From Armatimonadota bacterium (GTDB lineage Bacteria > Armatimonadota > Fimbriimonadia > Fimbriimonadales > Fimbriimonadaceae): a stretch of 64,000 bases of DNA. The DNA lies in the NCBI GenBank assembly GCA_031400935.1, contig JANNQV010000028.1, positions 124,001 to 188,000 on the forward strand, given 5' to 3'. Made by a program: the position numbers and the translations under genes. Below are positions 57,289 to 64,000 of the stretch, in pieces (within the stretch, counting starts at the first letter, position 1; the number at the start of each line of letters is the position of its first letter). The notes beneath the pieces were generated by a model that had not been told where the DNA came from, searched no databases, and was given only the letters and a program-made list of their open reading frames with translations.

Positions 57289-57888
57289 CTAAGACTTAGA
57301 ATGCAATGCGTTCATGGCGGCTTCTGTTCCATTATTCAAAATCAGCTCTACAGCTTCGATTCCCAATTTAAGCATTCCATCAACAACTAGTCTTTCATCA
57401 GGATGAAAACTGCCTAAGACGTGGTCAACGGTGTCGTCTTTGTCCACTCTGCCAATTCCTAGTTTGACCCTTGGATATTCGGTCGTCCCAATCGATGAGA
57501 TGATAGATTTATGCCCGTTATGTCCGCCTGCTGATCCTTCTGTTCGAATGCGAACTCTGCCGACAGGCAGATCGGTATCGTCGGCAAGGACCAGGCAGTG
57601 TTTGGCGTCAAGCCCAAGCTGCCGCAGCATAGGTGAAACCGCTTGCCCACTAAGATTCATGTAGGTTAGCGGTTTGACTAAAGCGACCCCTATTCCGCAA
57701 AGTTTCCCGATTCCAAAGCGCGACCGATGCTTGCTTTGGTCGAGTTTCATTTTGTTGATGGATGCCAATGCGTCCAGCAACTCAAAGCCGATATTGTGCC
57801 GAGTGCCTTTGTATTCGGAACCGGGATTGCCGAGGCCGACGATCAGCCATTCGACAACTATCTGCTCCTTGGGGCGCTTTCGAAACAT
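57289..57888 (-). CDS. pth: Peptidyl-tRNA hydrolase
   Basis: LIVGLGNPG, TRHNIGF, KPLTYMNLSG, GGHNG. Confidence 0.97.
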   Translation of the reverse strand: MFRKRPKEQIVVEWLIVGLGNPGSEYKGTRHNIGFELLDALASINKMKLDQSKHRSRFGIGKLCGIGVALVKPLTYMNLSGQAVSPMLRQLGLDAKHCLVLADDTDLPVGRVRIRTEGSAGGHNGHKSIISSIGTTEYPRVKLGIGRVDKDDTVDHVLGSFHPDERLVVDGMLKLGIEAVELILNNGTEAAMNALHSKS

Positions 57889-57890
57889 GG

Positions 57891-58757
57891 TTATTGTCCT
57901 ACCATCTCGTCTATTTGGACGAACGGAAGATTGGCGTCCGGCGACAAATAACCAGACAACATTAACCCAATCAAAGCTAGCCCTAATATTAATCTGTATC
58001 CCACAAACACCAATGTGCTACGAGTTTTTAGAAATCTCATAAAATAGGCAATCGTGGCATATCCAACGGCAAATGAGAAAAGGTTTGCTACCAAAATTGG
58101 AATCAAATTTGTGCCAAGAAGCTCCTTACGATGACTCAATATTGAGTAAACGCCAGCACCTAAAACGCTTGGCACCGAGAGAACAAAAGCGTATCGTGCC
58201 GAGGTCTCGCGATCAAATCCAGCAAATAACGCACCTGCCAAAGTTGATCCGCTTCGGCTCGCGCCGGGAATCAATGCCACTGCCTGCCACAACCCCACCC
58301 AAATACCGTCCTTTATCGTTGCGGAGGACAATGCCCTCGACTGTTTTCCAACACGCTCGGACACCGCTAAGACCAAACCCATGAAAATTAAACTGAAAGC
58401 GATAACCCACAAAGATCGAGCCTGGTTTTCAATCGTATCCTTCAATAGAACCCCAAGCACGATAATCGGTAGAGTGCCAAGAAATATCCCCCAACCGAGT
58501 CGGTATTCAGGTACATCGCGCTCGGCAGAGTTTAACAGTCCGCGAACCCAGCCAGAGAGAATTGAACTCAGGTCCTTCCAAAAGTAGACTAAAACGGCAA
58601 CCAGGGTTCCCAATTGAATAGCAGCAGTAAATGCGGCTCCAGGATCTGCCCAACCAAAGACAGCCGGAACGATTCGAAGGTGCGCTGTGCTTGAAATTGG
58701 AAGCCATTCTGTCAGTCCCTGGATGATTCCAAGAATGATGGCCTGGACTAACTCCAC
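57891..58757 (-). CDS. uppP: Undecaprenyl-diphosphate phosphatase
   Basis: QGLTEWLPISSTAHL, IQLG, PGASRSGST. Confidence 0.96.
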   Translation of the reverse strand: MELVQAIILGIIQGLTEWLPISSTAHLRIVPAVFGWADPGAAFTAAIQLGTLVAVLVYFWKDLSSILSGWVRGLLNSAERDVPEYRLGWGIFLGTLPIIVLGVLLKDTIENQARSLWVIAFSLIFMGLVLAVSERVGKQSRALSSATIKDGIWVGLWQAVALIPGASRSGSTLAGALFAGFDRETSARYAFVLSVPSVLGAGVYSILSHRKELLGTNLIPILVANLFSFAVGYATIAYFMRFLKTRSTLVFVGYRLILGLALIGLMLSGYLSPDANLPFVQIDEMVGQ

Positions 58758-59881
58758 ATGGCCACCTTTGGCGATTCGACACCCAAATATTGAAGGACGA
58801 CATTGCGGATTCGCTCTGCCGCATGGCCATCTCCGTATGGGCTGGATGCTTTCGACATCCGTTCGTAGGACTCCTTCGATTCAAGCAATTCGCAAGTTGC
58901 CGAAAGGATGTTCTCCGTTTCGGTACCCACTATTCGAGCTGTGCCGACTTCAACGCCTTCTGGCCGTTCGGTTGTGTCTCGCAGGACGAGTATTGGTTTT
59001 CCAAATGCTGGGGCTTCTTCCTGAACTCCACCCGAATCAGTTAAAATCAAATGAGACCGTTTCATGAGCTGAACGAATCCAGAATAATCCGGCGGTTCGA
59101 TGAGGGCAACCCTTTCATGATCGCCCAAAACACGAGTGATCGTGTCCCGAACTTGCGGGTTTTTGTGCATTGGGACGACGAGAAATGTATCTGAATACTT
59201 GTCGAGGATGGTTCGCACGGCCTCGGCAATTCTTCTTTGCGGTTCTCCCCAGTTTTCCCGCCGATGCGTGGTTAGCAACAAAATCCGTTCACTTCTATCT
59301 GCAAACGGAAGTTCTGAAGATTGACCAGCAATTTGAAGGACGGCGTCAATTCCTGTGTTTCCGGTTACAAAGACTTTGTTCACATCGTGCTTTTCATCAT
59401 AGAGGTTTTTAGCTGCCCAGGTTGTTGGCGCAAAATGGTGAGTTGCGATGAGACTTGTGGTTCGCCGATTGAACTCTTCGGGAAAAGGGTTATCAATCGA
59501 ATCAGTCCGAAGTCCCGCCTCGACATGACCAAACGGTAGCCTTCGATAGAAGGAGCCAAGGCTCGCGCAAAATGTGGTGGTCGTATCTCCTTGGGCAATT
59601 ACGTAGTCGGGCGCGATGTCGCAAAACAGCTTGTCAAGCCCTTCGAGGCATCGGGTCGTAACCTCAGCTAAAGTCTGTCCGTGGCGCATGATTTCAAGAT
59701 CGTGGTCAGCTTTCAATCCAAATGAATCCAACGCCTGATCGAGCATTTCTCGGTGCTGCCCGCTCGAAACCAAAACAGTCTCGCACAGGTCCGGAAATTT
59801 CTTCAATTCAAGTACAACAGGGGCACTTTTGATCGCATCCGGCCTTGTGCCAACGACGCAAACGATTCGGGGTTTAGCCAT
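58748..59881 (-). CDS. wecB: UDP-N-acetylglucosamine 2-epimerase (non-hydrolysing)
   Basis: GTRPDAIK, GQH, HVEAGLR, PFPEEFNR, TDSGGVQEE. Confidence 0.96.
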   Translation of the reverse strand: MAKPRIVCVVGTRPDAIKSAPVVLELKKFPDLCETVLVSSGQHREMLDQALDSFGLKADHDLEIMRHGQTLAEVTTRCLEGLDKLFCDIAPDYVIAQGDTTTTFCASLGSFYRRLPFGHVEAGLRTDSIDNPFPEEFNRRTTSLIATHHFAPTTWAAKNLYDEKHDVNKVFVTGNTGIDAVLQIAGQSSELPFADRSERILLLTTHRRENWGEPQRRIAEAVRTILDKYSDTFLVVPMHKNPQVRDTITRVLGDHERVALIEPPDYSGFVQLMKRSHLILTDSGGVQEEAPAFGKPILVLRDTTERPEGVEVGTARIVGTETENILSATCELLESKESYERMSKASSPYGDGHAAERIRNVVLQYLGVESPKVAMWS

Positions 59882-60917
59882 TGGATTTAACCACCAGCAT
59901 CAACAAAATCCCGCTCAAAGTTGCCGCTACGGCATACAGAATCAACACCGTCTGCCGCTGGCTATAACCTTTACCAAGCAAGGTGTGATGAACATGCCTC
60001 TTGTCCGCGACATAGATTGGTTGTCGAGCCAAAATGCGTCTAGTCACGACGACAAAGGCGTCAAAAATCGGAACGCCGAACGCCAAGATCGGAATAACAA
60101 GAGCAAATGCAGCAGCGACTTTGAGAGCACCCACAACGCTCAAGCAGGCCAAAGAAAACCCCAAAATGTAGGCTCCGCCAGTTCCCATGATGATTTTGGC
60201 AGGATTGTAGTTGTGCCTCAAAAAGCCGAGCGAGGCGCCACCAATCGCAGCAGCAACCAGAGCGACTCTTGGCTGGCCGGAATACGTTGCAATGATTGCG
60301 AGAGTCGTTGCTGAAATCGCCGCAATTCCGGCAGCAAGGCCATCAACTCCGTCAATTGTATCCATCGTTTTAGTGACTACAAATATGTAGATCGCGGTGA
60401 TTGGTATGGCAAGCCACCACACATGCAAATCGAGATATTGTCCGTCAGAAAATGGGATTCCAATTGAGTTGATCTGAATCCGCCCCGATTTATCAAACAG
60501 AAACTGAATAGCAATTCCTGCAACCAGCAAAACGAGCAATTGAATTTTTGCACTGTATTGGAAGAGGTCATCGAGTGCGCCAGCGACCACAAGCACTCCG
60601 CCCACCAAGAAAATTCCAATCAGATAAAGGGGGAACGGGTTCGACTTCGGATAGGCAAATGGAAGAATGGCTAAAAGCGAAACCAGAATTCCTAAGAAAA
60701 TCGCGATTCCGCCCCATCTCGGAAGCGGTTCGGTATGGATTCGGCGACTATCGCGAGTTGGGTCGTCTACTGCCCCCATTTTTACTGCGAGCTTTAAGAT
60801 GAATGGCGTCAGAAGCATGGTAATGGCAAGAGCCACCATGCCTGTGAGAATTGGATAGCGAAATCCTTCTAGAAATTTGCCTTGGGTGACGTCAGAACCA
60901 GCTAGCCATGAAATCAT
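59874..60917 (-). CDS. Undecaprenyl-phosphate GlcNAc-1-phosphate transferase (WecA/TagO, MraY family)
   Basis: PRWGG, GALDD, DGVDGL, NPAKIIMG, DKRHVHH. Confidence 0.92.
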   Translation of the reverse strand: MISWLAGSDVTQGKFLEGFRYPILTGMVALAITMLLTPFILKLAVKMGAVDDPTRDSRRIHTEPLPRWGGIAIFLGILVSLLAILPFAYPKSNPFPLYLIGIFLVGGVLVVAGALDDLFQYSAKIQLLVLLVAGIAIQFLFDKSGRIQINSIGIPFSDGQYLDLHVWWLAIPITAIYIFVVTKTMDTIDGVDGLAAGIAAISATTLAIIATYSGQPRVALVAAAIGGASLGFLRHNYNPAKIIMGTGGAYILGFSLACLSVVGALKVAAAFALVIPILAFGVPIFDAFVVVTRRILARQPIYVADKRHVHHTLLGKGYSQRQTVLILYAVAATLSGILLMLVVKSNG

Positions 60918-61393
60918 GCAGGCTGCAGCTCCAAACGCTCCAATTTTCCTGATTTGTAAAGAAACACGTCTATATTCCCATCCCGAAAAAGCTCTTTTGA
61001 AAACTCGTCCGGATAGTCTCCTTCATAGATGACGCGATTGATGCCCGCATTGATGATCATTTTTGCGCAGGCGTTGCAAGGTTGGCATGCAACGTAAATT
61101 GAGGCGCCTTCACAGGCGATTCCAATCTTGGCTGCCTGAAGGAGTGCGTTTTGCTCTGCATGGAGCGATCGAATACAATGCCCAGCCCTCATGCATCCGT
61201 TCGGCCAATCGTTTTCTGGGCCGCCTTCGGGACAGTGCGGAAGTCCTGCAGGGGCTCCGTTGTAGCCTGTGGCAAGGATGCGCTTGTCACGCACAATTAC
61301 TGCCCCTACTGCGCGTCTTGGGCAGGTTGCGCGAGTGGAGACGAGTTTGGCAATCTCCATGAAATATTCGTCCCAAGAAGGGCGTGCGTCCAT
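60914..61393 (-). CDS. Deoxycytidylate deaminase (ComEB-like)
   Basis: RPSWDEYFM, TGYNG, HAEQNA, PCNAC. Confidence 0.93.
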   Translation of the reverse strand: MDARPSWDEYFMEIAKLVSTRATCPRRAVGAVIVRDKRILATGYNGAPAGLPHCPEGGPENDWPNGCMRAGHCIRSLHAEQNALLQAAKIGIACEGASIYVACQPCNACAKMIINAGINRVIYEGDYPDEFSKELFRDGNIDVFLYKSGKLERLELQPA

Positions 61394-61483
61394 ATAGGGA
61401 GATTATGGCGTGAAGGGCGGTAGTTTGTGGGAGCCGCTAAGTCCAATTGGGCCAACTTGTCCAACAAGTCCCACTTCATATAC

Positions 61484-62653
61484 TCACGCCACTGGCAGGG
61501 CCGTCAAATGCCTTCTTGGCTTTATAACCTCTTCTTCTCTGACAATTTCATGATATAGAGAATCTCGCTCAACCGGAATTCGCCCGGCTTCCAAGATCAT
61601 TTCCTTCATCGAATCTTCTGTCAGTTGCTGAGATTTGTCACCCCACTTTCCCGTCTCATAGGTGATCTCGTATTCTTGCACTGTGCCGTCAGCATCATCG
61701 GCACCATACCAAAGCGCCATCTGCGTAACAGGGATCGTGTTCATGATCCAAAAACTCTTGATATGATCGAAATTGTCTAACATCAAGCGTGAAACTGCTA
61801 TATTTCGAAGATCGCATTCGGCGGTCAGAGGCGCGATATCTTCTAGTTCAGTGCCCTCAGGATGGAACGAAAGCGGTGTCATCGTAAGGAAGTTTCCAGT
61901 TTCGTCTTGCAGCTCGCGCAACTGAATCAGGTGGTCAACTCGTTCTTCGACCGTTTCGATGTGCCCATAAAGCATGGTTGCATATTGCTTCAATCCGAGT
62001 TTTGCAGCGATCCGAGCGACTTCTTTCCACTGCTCGCCATTTAGCTTTTTGCCAAAGAGTTCATGATGAACTCGTTCGCTCAAAATCTCGATTCCGCCAC
62101 CGGGGAGAGAATCCAAACCAGCTTCAATCAAATCCCGCAACGCATGTTCAATGGAAACTTTTCCGACTCTTGCGATTTCTACAATTTCAACCGCGGTAAA
62201 GGCCTTGACATGAACTCCGGGCCGAGATTCTTTGACCGTTCGCACCAAGTCCATGTAGTACGAATATGGGAGCCGCGGGTTGATGCCGCCGACCATGTGA
62301 ACTTCGGTGATGGGAATATCCTTGTGCCAATCGAGCCGCCTCATCACTTCGGGCATGTCGTATTCGTATGGGGTCGGCCCGCCCTTTTTGGCGTAAAAGC
62401 TGCAGAATTTGCAGAACTTGTTGCAGATATTGGTGTAGTTGATGTGCTGGTTTCGTACCCAATAGGTCTTCCTTCCGTGCTTCCTTTCGCGAACGAGATT
62501 CGCCATGTATCCGACGGCAGTCAAGTTGGGCGTGTTGTAAAGCCGAACTCCGTCTTCAAAACTGAGCCGTTCGCCGGCTTCGACTTTTCGGTATATGTCT
62601 ATCAGTTCAGTTCCGACTGCTTTTTCAGAGGAGAGTTCGAGAAAGGATTGCAT
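61484..62653 (-). CDS. mqnE: Aminofutalosine synthase (radical SAM)
   Basis: INYTNICNKFCKFC, HVKAFTAVEI, PGGG.EI, ATMLYGHIE, HIKSFW. Confidence 0.88.
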   Translation of the reverse strand: MQSFLELSSEKAVGTELIDIYRKVEAGERLSFEDGVRLYNTPNLTAVGYMANLVRERKHGRKTYWVRNQHINYTNICNKFCKFCSFYAKKGGPTPYEYDMPEVMRRLDWHKDIPITEVHMVGGINPRLPYSYYMDLVRTVKESRPGVHVKAFTAVEIVEIARVGKVSIEHALRDLIEAGLDSLPGGGIEILSERVHHELFGKKLNGEQWKEVARIAAKLGLKQYATMLYGHIETVEERVDHLIQLRELQDETGNFLTMTPLSFHPEGTELEDIAPLTAECDLRNIAVSRLMLDNFDHIKSFWIMNTIPVTQMALWYGADDADGTVQEYEITYETGKWGDKSQQLTEDSMKEMILEAGRIPVERDSLYHEIVREEEVIKPRRHLTALPVA

Positions 62654-62701
62654 TACAGCACTAGGGTACCCGATGAGATTTCAATGATCGTTGAAAGTTG
62701 C

Positions 62702-63931
62702 TCACGCCCCCTCAGGAAGCGCAGGAGGGCCACTTCCCCCTCCCAACGTCAAAGCCTTTGGCTGCCACACCCAGCCTTTGGTATCGCTGATCTCAACCTG
62801 CTCCCTGCCAATCGCCATTGCACCGCCCGGAACGTATTGCGCCGCCGCTTCGCTGATTGCAATCCCTCCCGGAGGGGCGACTTTTTGCATGTGCGCTGCA
62901 ATGTCAATCACCGAAGCAAAGTTAAGCTTTGTAATGTCTTCGCCAGCGGGGGCGTTGACCACTCCATAGTGAATTCCAGCCCGAAGTACAATGGGGCTCC
63001 CAATCTTGTTTTTGAAAGCATTTAGCTCGACGATTCCGCTCTGCATATATCGCGCCGCAGAATAGGCTTGTTGGGGGTGCTCGAAAGCGCAAGTGACTCC
63101 ATCGCCAGCGGTCGAATGGACTTTACCGCCGTACTTGGTAACGATCCACGAAACCCAATTGTGATACTCGGTGAACGTGTATTCTACGCTTAGCGAATCT
63201 GCGTTTTGTTTGAGTTGAGTCGAGCCAACAACGTCCAAACTCAAAAAAGAAATGGATTGCTCGCCTGATCTTAGCCGGTCTTGAAGGTCAACTAGCTGTC
63301 GTAAAAGATCTTGCCGCTCTGTTTGAGAATCCCTTCCTCCGATTTCCTTTTTCAACCTGGAGGCAATGGTTTGGATCGCTAACGCCCCCAACCCAAACCC
63401 GATGATAAATGGGAGGATCAATCCAGATGAAACTGTTTCGGTTCCTCGAAAAGCCAAAAGGAAGAGAGACCGAGTTACGAAGAAAACACCGCCGAACAAT
63501 GCCCCTGCAATTAACGCCGTTTTCGTTTCCCGACTAACGGCGAAGTTCCACAAAGCAGCAATCAAGATTGCTCCTGCCGCTACACCCATGAGGCCAAATT
63601 GATCGCCAAATTTTGAACCGACAACGTTCAAGAGTCCAAAATTAGTAGCTAAAATGCCGCTTCCAACATATCGGCGAGTGTCTGGGTCAAGCCCCAAAAT
63701 TGCGTGCCGAATCGAAGAAAGTAAGCCACGCTTTGTCTTGCCTTCGGGCATTCTGCCGACGATTGCTCGGACATGTTCAACGGGCAAGTGCGACAGTTCA
63801 GCGACAGCTGCAATGGCTTCATCGTCAAGTTCTGAACCCATTGACATGCGAAGCCGTTCAGCAAGCTCAAGCATGTGCACAACTTGATGCTCTGAAATGT
63901 CTTCTATGTGCTCAAGTGATTTTGTTTCCAC
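62702..63931 (-). CDS. Membrane-bound class III nucleotide cyclase-like protein
   Basis: About four TM segments, coiled coil, DVVGST, AGDG, LRAGIHYG. Confidence 0.85.
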   Translation of the reverse strand: METKSLEHIEDISEHQVVHMLELAERLRMSMGSELDDEAIAAVAELSHLPVEHVRAIVGRMPEGKTKRGLLSSIRHAILGLDPDTRRYVGSGILATNFGLLNVVGSKFGDQFGLMGVAAGAILIAALWNFAVSRETKTALIAGALFGGVFFVTRSLFLLAFRGTETVSSGLILPFIIGFGLGALAIQTIASRLKKEIGGRDSQTERQDLLRQLVDLQDRLRSGEQSISFLSLDVVGSTQLKQNADSLSVEYTFTEYHNWVSWIVTKYGGKVHSTAGDGVTCAFEHPQQAYSAARYMQSGIVELNAFKNKIGSPIVLRAGIHYGVVNAPAGEDITKLNFASVIDIAAHMQKVAPPGGIAISEAAAQYVPGGAMAIGREQVEISDTKGWVWQPKALTLGGGSGPPALPEGA

Positions 63932-64000
63932 GAGTTTATTGTTAAGGGTTTAAAAAGACATTCATGCAGTTGCTTGAATCAAAAACGATTGAGAATACTC

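Noticed and set aside
61440..61476. Four degenerate 9-mer repeats (gtccaa...)
   Set aside because: Short, degenerate intergenic filler with no supportable function.
62063..63025. 320-aa plus-strand ORF
   Set aside because: Antisense shadow of mqnE and the cyclase gene; no recognisable motifs.

Overview
A 64 kb, roughly 50% GC bacterial chromosome segment. Gene style suggests Armatimonadota (Fimbriimonadaceae-like); this is an inference and was not checked by any search. Most of it is housekeeping or envelope genes: mutL, ruvC, topA, ispDF, hpf, pth, rpsR, uppP, wecB, a TagO/WecA-type transferase, hemW, mqnE, hmgA, motAB, flgM and tRNA-Leu(TAG). There is also an NfeD-flotillin-flotillin operon beside an ECF sigma/anti-sigma pair. 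Two accessory patches stand out. The first (~4.1-8.4 kb) has small genes, an FKBP gene with an in-frame stop and dense REP-like repeats. The second (~34.4-46.5 kb) has multidomain secreted proteins, a G5-domain Ser/Thr kinase, a VWA protein and an MNT-HEPN toxin-antitoxin pair. The main leads are: a variant c-di-GMP-I riboswitch between a sigma-28-type promoter and flgM; a kinase and neighbouring secreted protein that both carry exported Cys motifs; pervasive TANNNT boxes 5-9 nt before start codons, suggesting leaderless mRNAs; very short signal peptides with no basic n-region; and a non-canonical class III cyclase. No CRISPR array, integrase, transposase or prophage was seen. All calls come from reading motifs by eye; no database search was run.
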